A stretch of 32,000 bases of DNA from Cylindrospermopsis raciborskii Cr2010 (GCF_003367075.2 NZ_CP065936.1:120001-152000); one strand, 5' to 3'; shown: positions 17,392 through 26,925, counted from the first letter of the stretch. Notes: generated by a model not told the origin, from the sequence alone. Program-made: numbers and translations.

Positions 17392-17731
17392 AATTTCCCC
17401 CAGGTGGAAGATTTTGGAGAATATCTAAAATGCGACGATTTTCAGTTTGTAAACCCCTCACATCTAGTTGTATTTCTCTTACTTCTGATTGCATCTCTCT
17501 GATTTCTGATTGCATCTCCCTAATTTCTAACTGGATCTCTCTCATTTCTGATTGCATTTCTCTAATTTCTGATTGCATCTGTCTCATTTCTACAACCACA
17601 TTGTCAAAGTTACGCTGCATCACCTCAAAGTTGCGCTGATATATAACAGATGTTTCTAGAAGTGCGCTCACAGCTAATCTAATATCAATCAGTTGGTTTT
17701 CCATGTTATCTATCCGTTCTTGATTGCTCAT
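17384..17731 (-). CDS. Coiled-coil mini-protein, array unit 5 (115 aa, six 21-bp repeats). First cistron of the array.
   Basis: Same modules. It is the most divergent N-terminus (TSVIYQ, DNVVVEMRQ). Confidence 0.7.
   Translation of the reverse strand: MSNQERIDNMENQLIDIRLAVSALLETSVIYQRNFEVMQRNFDNVVVEMRQMQSEIREMQSEMREIQLEIREMQSEIREMQSEVREIQLDVRGLQTENRRILDILQNLPPGGNYE
17461..17586 (-). repeat. Six in-frame copies of the 21-bp repeat in unit 5 (plus-strand consensus TTTCTGATTGCATCTCTCTAA, encoding the heptad (I/M)REMQSE).
   Basis: Copies start at 17461, 17482, 17503, 17524, 17545 and 17566. Confidence 0.9.
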
Positions 17732-17812
17732 AAAAAACTAAAACTAGCTAAATTCTGTTCTTGGTTCAGGATTTTTGGGCGATCGCAAAATATATTAACA
17801 ATCTAACATTAG

Positions 17813-18412
17813 TTAACTTCTTAAACTTCCTGCTTGACAGTCTCGTAACCACAATTTAACAGCTTGCGCAATAACTCCATTACTACTATTTCTAGGTGGG
17901 GATATAACTGATTTTAATGGATATTCACCTGCTTGGCTAAACATCATTACCAATCGCCAACCTGATGGAGTTTTGGTCACAAATAACCAGTGGAACTGTT
18001 GTAACTCTATTGATTTTTCCTTGCTATATTGTCGTTCTAACGTAGTAAAAAATAGCTGTTCCACACCTTTGGATACATAACTGGAATCCGTATTAATATT
18101 AGGATTTAAAGGTAAAGATTTAAACTCAGATCTCCCCGCTACCATAACATAGGGATAAAGGTCAACACCTAGACCAAGACGACGAGAACGTTGGGTCACC
18201 CGATTGGCATAACTAGGTAAATCAAGCATTAACTGAGTAGTTAAATTTTCCCAACTCTGTTGAGAACAAGAAGTGGTAAATTTGGTTTTGGATGGGTAGT
18301 TTATGGGTTCATAAGCAGTATTTTTAGCGTAGGTAGGAGATAAAAAAACAAATAGGCAGTAATAAAAGGAATAAGGTAGGAAAAATAGTCTATTCACAAT
18401 CACAACACCCAA
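17813..18412 (-). CDS. Hypothetical exported protein. The start is uncertain (TTG or GTG, with no in-frame ATG near the N-terminus).
   Basis: 199-codon ORF with a hydrophobic N-terminus ending ...SPTYA/KN (signal-peptide-like). I recognise no motif. Confidence 0.45.
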   Translation of the reverse strand: MGVVIVNRLFFLPYSFYYCLFVFLSPTYAKNTAYEPINYPSKTKFTTSCSQQSWENLTTQLMLDLPSYANRVTQRSRRLGLGVDLYPYVMVAGRSEFKSLPLNPNINTDSSYVSKGVEQLFFTTLERQYSKEKSIELQQFHWLFVTKTPSGWRLVMMFSQAGEYPLKSVISPPRNSSNGVIAQAVKLWLRDCQAGSLRS

Positions 18413-18454
18413 TAATCATAAATCATCAATGGTTAGTGGTTAGTCATTAAGCTC

Positions 18455-18503
18455 CTCCGGTTTAGAAAACCGGGGATTTCTCAAAAGTTCATAGATGAAC
18501 TTT
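18455..18503 (-). terminator. Two adjacent hairpins just downstream of pyrF (possible terminator region, no clear U-tract).
   Basis: AAAGTTCAT-AG-ATGAACTTT (18484-18503) and CCTCCGGTTT-AGA-AAACCGGGG (18455-18475). Confidence 0.3.
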
Positions 18504-18504
18504 C

Positions 18505-19236
18505 TCAGCTAGTAGATGATAGATTTTGAATTGAACCTAGTTCCTCACATATCTTTGCCCAGGCGCTCAACGGATCAGTAGCAGCAGTGATAGGTCTGCC
18601 AATTACTAAATAATCAGCACCAGATTGTAAAGCTTGCACGGGAGACAAAGAACGTTTTTGGTCATCCTTATTGGCCCACACTGGGCGCACTCCAGGACAA
18701 ACCAACAAAAAATCTGGTCGACAACTTTCCCGCAGTTGTGCTACCTCCTGGGGAGAACAAACTACCCCATCTAAACCAGCATTTTCAGCCAAGAGTGCCA
18801 TTTGTAATGCGAATTCAGGCAATTCCAAGGGAATTTTTAAGTCAAAAGCTAAATCTCGTGCTGAAATGCTAGTCAACAAGGTAATGGCAATTAATTTTGG
18901 TGGTGCTGCACCACTAGCTCCCTGGAACAATGCGTCCATCGCCCCCATAAGACAATCCTTACCACAAGTTGCGTGAATTGTCAACAAATCCACCCCATAA
19001 GTACCAGCAACACGACAAGCACTCCCTACTGTGTTAGGAATGTCGTGAAACTTTAAATCTAGGAAAACTCGCTTCTGGCGGGATTTTAAAACATCCAGAA
19101 TCCTCGGACCAACGCTGGTAAATAATTCTAAACCAACCTTCCAAAAGGACACGTCTGGTAGCAATTCTATTAATGCGATCGCCTGATCTAAAGTTGGCAC
19201 ATCTAAGGGAACAATAATCCGTTCACTGGCAATCAT
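18505..19236 (-). CDS. pyrF: Orotidine-5'-phosphate decarboxylase.
   Basis: Motifs [52 protein letters not shown]. Confidence 0.9.
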   Translation of the reverse strand: MIASERIIVPLDVPTLDQAIALIELLPDVSFWKVGLELFTSVGPRILDVLKSRQKRVFLDLKFHDIPNTVGSACRVAGTYGVDLLTIHATCGKDCLMGAMDALFQGASGAAPPKLIAITLLTSISARDLAFDLKIPLELPEFALQMALLAENAGLDGVVCSPQEVAQLRESCRPDFLLVCPGVRPVWANKDDQKRSLSPVQALQSGADYLVIGRPITAATDPLSAWAKICEELGSIQNLSSTS

Positions 19237-19269
19237 GGACTTTTACTTGTGATTTATGAGGATGGATAA

Positions 19270-20466
19270 CTATGGAACAATACGAACAAAGTTCTTTTTA
19301 CCTACTTGTAAAACTTTACCAGATAAATCTCCGGGACCAAAAAAGGTCAAATCCACATCGGTAATCTTTTCACTGTCCAAGCGCACACCACCTTCTTGAA
19401 TTTTTCTTTTACCTTCCCCTGTGCTTTTGCACAAACCAGAAGCCGAGAGAATATGAGCTAATTTGGCAGGGAATTGAGTGATATTAGCCAAAGAAAACTC
19501 CGGTAATACGCCTTCCTTCCCCTTACTTTTTGCCGCCTCCTGGGCCTGATTAGCCTGGATTTCACCATGATATTGGCGGACAATTTCCCAAGCTAAGAAC
19601 TGTTGGCGGTCTCGTGGATTATCTGGCAAGGTGTCTAAAGGTAAATCCGTCAGTAATTCAAAATACTGAGTCAGCAGATGATCCGGAACACCTTGTAGTT
19701 TCTGGTACTTTTGGGAGGGATGTTCCGACAACCCCACATAATTGCCCAGGGACTTAGACATTTTTTGAATACCATCAGTTCCAATTAAAATGGGCAATAG
19801 TAAACCAAACTGAGGACGTAAACCAAAATGCCGTTGTAAATCCCGACCTACTGCAATGTTAAATTTCTGATCAGTACCGCCCAATTCTACATCAGATTTA
19901 ATAGCCACCGAATCAAAACCCTGCATCAAAGGATAGAGGAACTCATGAAGAAAAATAGGATTCTCTTTTTTATAACGTTCGGCAAAACCCTCCTTAGCCA
20001 ACATCTGACCCACTGTCATGGTTGACAGCAACTCTAATATTTTGGCTAAATCCAAACCGGAAAGCCATTGAGAATTATAATGTACCTCTAATCTCCCAGG
20101 TGTGTCAAAATCTAAAATTGGTCTTACCTGTTCAAGATAGGTTTGGGCATTTTGTGACACATCCTCTTCTGTCAGTTGACGACGCACATCTGACTTACCT
20201 GTTGGGTCGCCAATTCTAGCAGTAAAATCACCAATAATCAAAACCGCAGTATGACCAGCATCTTGAAAGGCCCGCAGTTTTCTAACTGGGATGCTATGAC
20301 CCAGATGAATATCCGCACCGGTAGGATCAATACCCAATTTAATTCGCAAAGGATGGTCAGCATTTAATAAACGCTTTTCCAAACTTTCAGTTTCACTATC
20401 AGTATCATGGGATTGGGGAAAAATTTCCGCCACACCACGATACAACCAGGAGAAATCTTTAGCCAT
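19270..20466 (-). CDS. tyrS: Tyrosyl-tRNA synthetase.
   Basis: [13 protein letters not shown] (HIGH motif), KMSKS, and a C-terminal S4-like domain ([15 protein letters not shown]). It lies 33 nt upstream of pyrF, so the two are probably co-transcribed. Confidence 0.9.
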   Translation of the reverse strand: MAKDFSWLYRGVAEIFPQSHDTDSETESLEKRLLNADHPLRIKLGIDPTGADIHLGHSIPVRKLRAFQDAGHTAVLIIGDFTARIGDPTGKSDVRRQLTEEDVSQNAQTYLEQVRPILDFDTPGRLEVHYNSQWLSGLDLAKILELLSTMTVGQMLAKEGFAERYKKENPIFLHEFLYPLMQGFDSVAIKSDVELGGTDQKFNIAVGRDLQRHFGLRPQFGLLLPILIGTDGIQKMSKSLGNYVGLSEHPSQKYQKLQGVPDHLLTQYFELLTDLPLDTLPDNPRDRQQFLAWEIVRQYHGEIQANQAQEAAKSKGKEGVLPEFSLANITQFPAKLAHILSASGLCKSTGEGKRKIQEGGVRLDSEKITDVDLTFFGPGDLSGKVLQVGKKNFVRIVP

Positions 20467-20574
20467 ATAAAGTCATTTTCTATTGTGCCAAACTACTATA
20501 ATTGCAAAAAATTAACCTCTTTTTTCCATTTCATCAATTACATTTAAATTTATTAGTGAGGAAGTAAAATCGCT

Positions 20575-22497
20575 GTGTCTTCTAGAACTTTTACAAACAA
20601 AAACTCCCAAGAGCAGGTTTCGCCTGGCTTTGAATTTTTTAAAGGAGTAGGTCAAGTAGCTGGTGCAACTCTACTATCTGTTACTTTGCTATCCAGCTCT
20701 ATTATAGCCGGATCCCTGGTGGGACTGGCTATTAGTTTCCGCAATTTACCAGATGTTAGACAGTTACGCAGTTTCTCTCCTACAGAAACCACCTTCATAT
20801 ATGATATTAAAGGTAAGCTTTTAGCCAGTATTCATGGTGAAGCTAACCGTCAAGTTGTCCCCCTAGACAGGATTTCCCCTAATCTTAAACGTGCCGTACT
20901 TGCTAGTGAAGATGGTCACTTTTACGGTCACCATGGGATTAATCCCTCCGGTGTGGGAAGGGCCCTGGTAGTTAACTTAGTAGCTGGTGGAGTAAAAGAA
21001 GGTGGCTCTACCATCACCATGCAGCTGGTTAAAAACCTGTTTTTGTCCCATAAACGAGCATTTACTCGTAAACTAGCAGAAGCAGTCTTAGCCATTCGTC
21101 TAGAACAAATTCTAGAGAAAAATGAAATTTTGGAAATGTACCTCAATCAGGTGTATTGGGGTCACAACAACTATGGTGCCCAAACAGCAGCTCGTACCTA
21201 TTTTAACAAATCCGCAGAATTTTTAACCTTGGGCGAGTCAGCAATGATGGCTGGCTTAATTCAAGCTCCGGAAGAATTTAGTCCTTTTGTAAGCATGAAA
21301 AAGGCTAAACAAAAACAAAGAGAAGTTTTGGGTAGAATGCGTGAACTGGATTGGATTACCTCTAAAGAATATGACCAGGCAATTAATGAGAAAATTACAT
21401 TAGGTCGAATTAGATCTTTTCAAGGTAGTGCTCTACCCTATATTAGCAACACTGTGGCCCAGGAACTCTCCAGAAGGTTCGGTCGAGATGCACTGCTTAA
21501 AGGGGGTATGCGTGTGCAAACTACCGTTGATGCTAAGTTTCAAATCATGGCAGAATCCACTGTAAGTAGATGGCACCAGGATTTACTTGGCAAGGGACTG
21601 CGGAAAAACCAAATTGCTTTAGTTGCTATAGATCCACGCACACACTTTGTCAAAGCTTTAGTTGGTGGCGTAGATGCTAAAGCAAGTGAGTTCAATCGTG
21701 CAACTCAAGCTCAGAGACAACCTGGGTCTTCTTTTAAACCTTTTGTTTACTATGCCGCCTTTGCTACGGGTAAGTATACACCGGATAGCACCATATTGGA
21801 TGCTCCTGTGAGTTATCGAGATGGCAATGGTTGGTACTATCCCAGAAACTATGATGGTGGTTTTAGCGGTGCAATGTCTATTCGCACCGCTTTAGCCCAG
21901 TCCCGTAACATACCTGTAATTAAACTTGGTAAAAGCATAGGCATGAATAAGGTGGTGGAAACCTGTCGGACTTTGGGTATTATGAGTCCTATGGAGCCAG
22001 TAACATCCTTACCTCTTGGTGCAATTGGGGTTACACCACTAGAAATGGCCAGTGCCTACGCTACCTTTGCTAATTATGGATGGCAGTCTCCAGCCACAGT
22101 AATAGTACGCATTACTGATAGTAGCGGTAATGTTATATTAGATAATACACCCAAACCTCAGAGAGTTCTGGATTCTTGGGCATCAGCAGCTACCATAGAC
22201 ATTATGCAGTCAGTAGTGACCAGCGGTACAGGTAAAGGAGCAGCATTGGGTAGGCCATCAGCAGGGAAAACAGGAACAACATCCTCAGAAAAAGACATTT
22301 GGTATGTGGGTACGGTGCCACAACTGACAACAGCAGTGTGGGTGGGAAGGGATGATAACCTGCAATTATCCAGTGGTGCGACTGGTGGTGGAATGGTTGC
22401 CCCTATCTGGCGTGATTTTATGGTGCAAGCCCTAGAAAACGTGCCAGTGGAGAATTTTAAATCACCTTCCCAGTTTCCCCGTCCCAAGTCAAATTAG
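20575..22497 (+). CDS. Class A penicillin-binding protein (bifunctional transglycosylase/transpeptidase, PBP1-type).
   Basis: GT51 motifs EDGHFYGHHGINP, GGSTITMQLVKN, RKLAEAVLAIRLE. Transpeptidase motifs SSFKP (SxxK), SRN, KTGTT. An N-terminal TM helix. GTG start with GAGGAAG upstream. Confidence 0.85.
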   Translation: MSSRTFTNKNSQEQVSPGFEFFKGVGQVAGATLLSVTLLSSSIIAGSLVGLAISFRNLPDVRQLRSFSPTETTFIYDIKGKLLASIHGEANRQVVPLDRISPNLKRAVLASEDGHFYGHHGINPSGVGRALVVNLVAGGVKEGGSTITMQLVKNLFLSHKRAFTRKLAEAVLAIRLEQILEKNEILEMYLNQVYWGHNNYGAQTAARTYFNKSAEFLTLGESAMMAGLIQAPEEFSPFVSMKKAKQKQREVLGRMRELDWITSKEYDQAINEKITLGRIRSFQGSALPYISNTVAQELSRRFGRDALLKGGMRVQTTVDAKFQIMAESTVSRWHQDLLGKGLRKNQIALVAIDPRTHFVKALVGGVDAKASEFNRATQAQRQPGSSFKPFVYYAAFATGKYTPDSTILDAPVSYRDGNGWYYPRNYDGGFSGAMSIRTALAQSRNIPVIKLGKSIGMNKVVETCRTLGIMSPMEPVTSLPLGAIGVTPLEMASAYATFANYGWQSPATVIVRITDSSGNVILDNTPKPQRVLDSWASAATIDIMQSVVTSGTGKGAALGRPSAGKTGTTSSEKDIWYVGTVPQLTTAVWVGRDDNLQLSSGATGGGMVAPIWRDFMVQALENVPVENFKSPSQFPRPKSN

Positions 22498-22521
22498 GAG
22501 GAATTGTTAACTATTGACAAT

Positions 22522-22845
22522 CTACACCTGTTTTTCTAGCTCGGTTTTCATGCGCTCCAGAGTCAGATGCATTTGCTCGAACATTTGCTGTGGGGTCACA
22601 CCAAATTGATTGAGCTGGGTTTTTAGTTGCTCTACTGTCATTTGTGCCATGAAATCCTCTGATAACTCGAACCGCTTCATAAAGACGCGGTAACGGTCCA
22701 TCATGTTTTCCATTTGTTCAATAAACAGCTTTTTGCCTTCACGGTCAAATTTGCCGTAGTTATTACCAAGCTGAATTAGTGCCTGATAATCTTCAAATAG
22801 CTGCTTGGCCTCTTGTTGCACTATCTCAGAGTCAAAGAATCCCAT
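22522..22845 (-). CDS. Conserved small cyanobacterial protein (possibly the DUF1825 family).
   Basis: MGFFDSEIVQQEAKQLFEDYQ... helical, 107 aa from the ATG at 22845 (the track ORF begins at an upstream TTG at 22860). The family assignment is from memory only. Confidence 0.5.
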   Translation of the reverse strand: MGFFDSEIVQQEAKQLFEDYQALIQLGNNYGKFDREGKKLFIEQMENMMDRYRVFMKRFELSEDFMAQMTVEQLKTQLNQFGVTPQQMFEQMHLTLERMKTELEKQV

Positions 22846-22965
22846 TTTACTTGTATTCAACTGAGCGAATGTATGTGGTAGCTGGAAGTTTTTTCTATCT
22901 TAACCTACATTTTAGCCTACAAGAATGGGCTTGATGGAAAGTAAAAATCCAAAATCTACAATTTC

Positions 22966-23373
22966 CTAGGGGATAACCAGAACTGGACAGGGTGAGAGGT
23001 TGATGACCCTTGTGGTCACACTGTCATTGACACCTTCTTGGGTAAGACCTAAACCTCGACAACCCATTACAATCAAATTTGCTCCTACTTCATCTGCTAC
23101 ATCACAAATTGTAAAAGCTGCTTTCCCCTGCTTTTCTAGCACTTCTGGATTAATACCATGGTTAAAAAATAAACTCTGGGCTTCCTGTAAAAGTCCGGCA
23201 ACCAACTCCGGAGATGCCATTGCTGTGTCATTCGTTTCCTCCAATGATACTTCTTCCACTACTGATAGAATTACTAGGCGGCTATTATACTGTTGGACAA
23301 TATTAACAACTATGTCCACAGCTTCTCGCGCTTCTCGACTGCCATCAATGGGAAATAGAACAGTTTTAAACAT
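22966..23373 (-). CDS. Universal stress protein (UspA family).
   Basis: ILFPIDGS..., LVILSV, VMGCRGLG....GSVTTRVINLSPCPVLVI pattern. Confidence 0.8.
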   Translation of the reverse strand: MFKTVLFPIDGSREAREAVDIVVNIVQQYNSRLVILSVVEEVSLEETNDTAMASPELVAGLLQEAQSLFFNHGINPEVLEKQGKAAFTICDVADEVGANLIVMGCRGLGLTQEGVNDSVTTRVINLSPCPVLVIP

Positions 23374-23461
23374 AAATTATCTCCATGCCCCTTAGTCCGG
23401 TAAAATCTGGATTGTGATACTTTCAAAACAATAACAAAAACAGAATCAGGAGAGTTTGGCC

Positions 23462-24664
23462 ATGTCAAAAAAAAGTTTAGCAAGTTTATCTGCTGCCGAT
23501 ATTTCTGACAAACGTGCCTTGGTACGAGTTGATTTTAACGTACCCGTGGATGATCAGGGGAATATTACTGATGACACTCGCATTCGGGCCGCCCTCCCTA
23601 CCATTCAAGATTTAATCAGCAAGGGAGCTAAGGTGATTTTAGCCAGCCACTTTGGTCGCCCCAAGGGTGTGGATGAGAAGTTACGTCTCACTCCCGTTGC
23701 CAAACGTCTTTCTGAACTTTTGGGACAAGAGGTGATCAAAACTGATGACTGTATTGGTGATGATGTCACCGCCCAGGTAGCAGCTTTAGAAAAAGGACAA
23801 GTGCTATTGCTAGAAAATGTCCGCTTCTATAAAGAAGAGGAAAACAATGATCCAGAATTTGCCCGCCAATTAGCCGCTAATGCTGATTTCTATGTTAATG
23901 ATGCTTTTGGTACTGCTCACCGGGCCCATGCTTCCACTGAAGGTGTAACTAAGTATTTAAGTCCTTCCGTGGCTGGTTATTTGGTCGAAAAAGAGTTACA
24001 ATACCTGCAGGGTGCTATTGAAGTTCCTCAACGTCCTTTGGTAGCCATTATTGGTGGGTCTAAGGTTTCTAGTAAAATCGGTGTCATTGAAACCCTGTTA
24101 GAAAAGTGCGATAAATTGATTATTGGCGGAGGGATGATTTTTACCTTCTACAAAGCGCGGGGACTAAATGTGGGCAAGTCCTTAGTAGAACAGGACAAAT
24201 TGGGACTGGCCAGTTCTCTAGAGAAAAAAGCAGCGGAACGTGGTGTGACTTTGTTGTTACCTACGGATATTGTCGCAGCTGATAAATTCGGACCCGATGC
24301 TGATGCTGTCACTGTTTCCATTGACCATATCCCCGATGACCGTATGGGTTTAGATATTGGACCTGACTCGGTTAAAGTTTTTCAAGCAGCTCTAGCTGAT
24401 TGCAAAACCGTTATCTGGAATGGACCTATGGGCGTGTTTGAATTTGACAAGTTTGCTGTCGGTACTGAAGCGATCGCCCAGACTTTAGCAGAAATTAGTA
24501 AAACTGGCGCCACAACAATTATTGGTGGTGGTGACTCTGTAGCTGCTGTAGAAAAAGTAGGTTTAGCTGACCAAATGAGCCACATTTCCACTGGTGGCGG
24601 TGCTAGTTTAGAATTATTAGAAGGTAAGGTTCTACCCGGTATTGCAGCTTTGGATGAAGCCTAA
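23462..24664 (+). CDS. pgk: Phosphoglycerate kinase.
   Basis: [89 protein letters not shown]. The ATG at 23462 is preceded by AGGAGAG. Confidence 0.95.
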   Translation: MSKKSLASLSAADISDKRALVRVDFNVPVDDQGNITDDTRIRAALPTIQDLISKGAKVILASHFGRPKGVDEKLRLTPVAKRLSELLGQEVIKTDDCIGDDVTAQVAALEKGQVLLLENVRFYKEEENNDPEFARQLAANADFYVNDAFGTAHRAHASTEGVTKYLSPSVAGYLVEKELQYLQGAIEVPQRPLVAIIGGSKVSSKIGVIETLLEKCDKLIIGGGMIFTFYKARGLNVGKSLVEQDKLGLASSLEKKAAERGVTLLLPTDIVAADKFGPDADAVTVSIDHIPDDRMGLDIGPDSVKVFQAALADCKTVIWNGPMGVFEFDKFAVGTEAIAQTLAEISKTGATTIIGGGDSVAAVEKVGLADQMSHISTGGGASLELLEGKVLPGIAALDEA

Positions 24665-24693
24665 TCATCAGCTTAGCTAACTAATTAGGTTTA

Positions 24694-24719
24694 AGCTTCC
24701 CCGTTTATCCGGGGAAGCT
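24694..24719. terminator. GC-rich hairpin between the convergent pgk and patU-like genes (candidate bidirectional terminator, no U-tract).
   Basis: AGCTTCCCCG - TTTATC - CGGGGAAGCT. Confidence 0.45.
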
Positions 24720-24736
24720 AAATAAATTCTCTTAAA

Positions 24737-25513
24737 CTACACGGTCACATTAATTGCCAATAACAAAGGCTGAGTTTCCGCTTGTGGGAATTCAACTGCT
24801 AGGATATAGGTTTGGTTGGCACGGGGAAAGTTTAATTCTAAACTGGCTTTGTGACCTTCCTTAGAGAAGGTAGTTACGGATGTGCCATTCCCCTGAATTG
24901 TGAAACTTCCTGGAGTTGGTAACTCACCATAAACACGTAACTTCATCGTGGCACCCAAGGAAAGCAATTGTGCTTGAATAGTTAGAGTACCACCGTAACT
25001 TTCCCACTGTTGCTCTACGACTGGGTTAGAAAGGGAAATAGATAAAGTTAGACTTTCTAACAATTGTTTAGCAGCTATCAGCGACAAAGCCATTTGTTGA
25101 CGCGGTTGCAATTTAGAATAGTCTTTGTCAATACTAGGTAGGGTTTCCAAGGTGCTTACGGATCTGTAGGAACTTCTGAGTACTAATCCAGCTAAGTCGC
25201 TAATTAAATGATCCTCATCTGGAAACATATCTGACACGGCCTGTATCAATTTAGGTCCCAATGGGATACAGGATGTCACTAGTGATTGACACCTGTCCAC
25301 TAAGTGTTGAAAAACCTTATCCGGTAACGGAATTGGTAGACGGAGTTGAGATTGCTGTGCCAACCACCCCCAGGCGGGAACTAAAGCAATCCCGATATCT
25401 TCGACAAATTCTGGATACTCTACTAACTGACTTTCCCAAGGAAATAAAGGTGGGCGGTTTTGGATTTCGAGTTGTAATCGCCGCTTAAGGACGACTTGAA
25501 AACGTTCTTGCAC
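24737..25513 (-). CDS. patU: PatU-like protein (unsplit form), immediately downstream of the hetZ-like gene.
   Basis: 258-aa ORF with a GTG start and AGGAG 11 nt upstream. N-terminal RRLQLEIQNRPPLFPWES motif. The position downstream of hetZ matches the published hetZ-patU5-patU3 order in Anabaena PCC 7120. The call rests on synteny and memory, not on an alignment. Confidence 0.5.
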   Translation of the reverse strand: MQERFQVVLKRRLQLEIQNRPPLFPWESQLVEYPEFVEDIGIALVPAWGWLAQQSQLRLPIPLPDKVFQHLVDRCQSLVTSCIPLGPKLIQAVSDMFPDEDHLISDLAGLVLRSSYRSVSTLETLPSIDKDYSKLQPRQQMALSLIAAKQLLESLTLSISLSNPVVEQQWESYGGTLTIQAQLLSLGATMKLRVYGELPTPGSFTIQGNGTSVTTFSKEGHKASLELNFPRANQTYILAVEFPQAETQPLLLAINVTV

Positions 25514-25709
25514 AGTAGGAATTTCTCCTAATTGAAAAGGTTGGGGTTCTCCCCTTAATGATGGCTTACTACTTTACTAAGTAGCAACTTTTTCACAGAG
25601 GGTCTTCTACCCGATAAATTCTCCCACACTCCACTGAGAGATTCTTGCCGCTTTGACAAAATTTGCCAAAAAGTGACTTTGATACCAGTATCGTATGAGT
25701 TGTAAGTCC

Positions 25710-26906
25710 TTATTCATAAGCAGATGGAGTGGATCCGGACAATGAATTGCGAATTTCCCATGCTTTTTCTAAAATTTTGAACCACCGTTTTTGCAGCTGG
25801 GCCACAGATAATCCCAAGTTTTTAGCTATTGTTTGGTCAGACTCTCCTTGATGTTTTAAATCTAATAAATATCTATCTTTTTCATCTAAATTGCGTATAT
25901 ATAATTCCCACTCATGGGGTGTTAGACCTAAGTTGGTTGGCAGTGACGCTTCTAGCCATTCATGCACTAATTCCCAGCGATGCAAAAGAGAAAATCGCAT
26001 TAGATGATACTTGAATCGTTGCTGCAAGTAATCTCGTTGGCGTGGAGTTAGGCCCAAAACTGATTCAATCTCCTGGGCTGAAAAGTCCTGAAGTCGCAAT
26101 GAAAAATACTCCGCACAGTCTAGTTGCTGTTTTTGCTCTAAATAATTCATTAATTCAGTAATCACCACGGAGCGCAAACTACCTTCTTCAATTTCTGGCT
26201 CTGGTTGTGTAGCTATAGCAGCCCGCAATTGGGTTAATATAGGCTCGTCCCACGAACGATCAGATTCACCACCACTTGCTTGGGTAGCTTGTTCAATATC
26301 AACACTAGTTTCTAGAGGTTGCTGTTGGGAGAAGGTCTGTGCCCTTAAAATTATTAATTGTTGCTGGCGTCCGGGTAATGGAATCCGACGTTTGGCATAC
26401 CGTTCGGTAAATGCCATATATTCTGCTAACTCTAGGAGAGTTTGAGGACGATAGTCAGGTGGTTGCTGATTCTCGCGGCGAAAGGCGTTTAGAGACTCCA
26501 AATAAAAACCTTGCAGGAAGTCCTCTATAGCAATCATTCTCCCCTGATAGCTCAATTGCCTTTGGGGTAAGTTAATATATCTATATACGATTGAACTTAA
26601 CACACTGTGTAGTTCTACCCTACCTCTATGAGATCCTAATTGGTAATACCGCAAGCACTGTTGCAGTCTATATCGGGCCAAGGTGGTGGCAGAGCTTTCT
26701 ATTTCGCCGGAGGATTGAATGCGTTTGCTTTCGTTGCAAATTCTCATTACTTCACTGGCAATTCGCACTGCTATATTGCGACAGTTTTTTTCTGTCGATT
26801 TGGTGCACTGCTGGAGTTCCCTCAGAAGAAATTCAAATATTACTTCTATCACCTCCACTCCAATAGATCGATCCTCCTTATTAATTGATGTTACCGTTGA
26901 ATTCAT
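25710..26906 (-). CDS. hetZ: HetZ-like heterocyst-differentiation regulator (or HetZ-related paralogue).
   Basis: 398 aa, as I recall close to the length of HetZ in Anabaena PCC 7120. C-terminal HTH-like SDQTIAKNLGLSVAQLQKRWFKILEKAW. The central YRYINLPQRQLSYQGR...EDFLQGFY block is recalled as HetZ-family. A patU-like gene follows it. Confidence 0.6.
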   Translation of the reverse strand: MNSTVTSINKEDRSIGVEVIEVIFEFLLRELQQCTKSTEKNCRNIAVRIASEVMRICNESKRIQSSGEIESSATTLARYRLQQCLRYYQLGSHRGRVELHSVLSSIVYRYINLPQRQLSYQGRMIAIEDFLQGFYLESLNAFRRENQQPPDYRPQTLLELAEYMAFTERYAKRRIPLPGRQQQLIILRAQTFSQQQPLETSVDIEQATQASGGESDRSWDEPILTQLRAAIATQPEPEIEEGSLRSVVITELMNYLEQKQQLDCAEYFSLRLQDFSAQEIESVLGLTPRQRDYLQQRFKYHLMRFSLLHRWELVHEWLEASLPTNLGLTPHEWELYIRNLDEKDRYLLDLKHQGESDQTIAKNLGLSVAQLQKRWFKILEKAWEIRNSLSGSTPSAYE

Positions 26907-26925
26907 ACTCGTAACTTTAAAAATT

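Larger units (their letters stand above)
16240..17731 (-). repeat. Tandem gene array with unit periods of 256, 277, 319 and 340 bp, which differ by multiples of 21 bp.
   Basis: Start-to-start distances: 17731 to 17391 = 340; 17391 to 17114 = 277; 17114 to 16858 = 256; 16858 to 16539 = 319. Confidence 0.9.

Noticed and set aside
16578-17639. Plus-strand ORFs 16578-16766 and 17430-17639 (MRRFSVCKPLTSSCISLTSDCISL...) inside the array.
   Set aside because: They exist only where the 21-bp repeat tract is longest, and they are Cys/Ser/Leu low-complexity mirror images of the repeat. They do not tile the array, whereas the minus-strand ORFs cover every unit with conserved starts and stops.
16240-17731. 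Whether the regular repeats could be a CRISPR array.
   Set aside because: The segments between the 21-bp repeats are themselves conserved between units, so there are no unique spacers. The repeat period is 21 bp with no spacer, and the whole region is one set of tiled ORFs. No cas genes are nearby.
18431-18444. GGTTAGT GGTTAGT heptamer duplication, considered as a Nostocales STRR-type repeat.
   Set aside because: Only two copies are present, which is too short to call a repeat family member.
20497-20502. TATAAT hexamer in the tyrS/PBP divergent region, considered as a promoter -10.
   Set aside because: There is no acceptable -35 at 16-18 nt spacing on that strand, and a single hexamer in AT-rich DNA is not enough evidence.
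25734-25739. TCCGGA (DIF1-type heterocyst promoter motif) about 220 nt upstream of the patU-like start.
   Set aside because: A 6-bp palindrome occurs by chance; other copies are at 19682 and 29105 inside coding or unrelated sequence. The best -10 at the right spacing (TATGAA) is poor.
26719-26925. Upstream extension of the 155-aa ORF, and plus-strand ORFs 26591-26866 and 26640-26888.
   Set aside because: All of them overlap the 5' part of the hetZ-like CDS in antisense. The first non-overlapping ATG (26926) gives a sensible protein.
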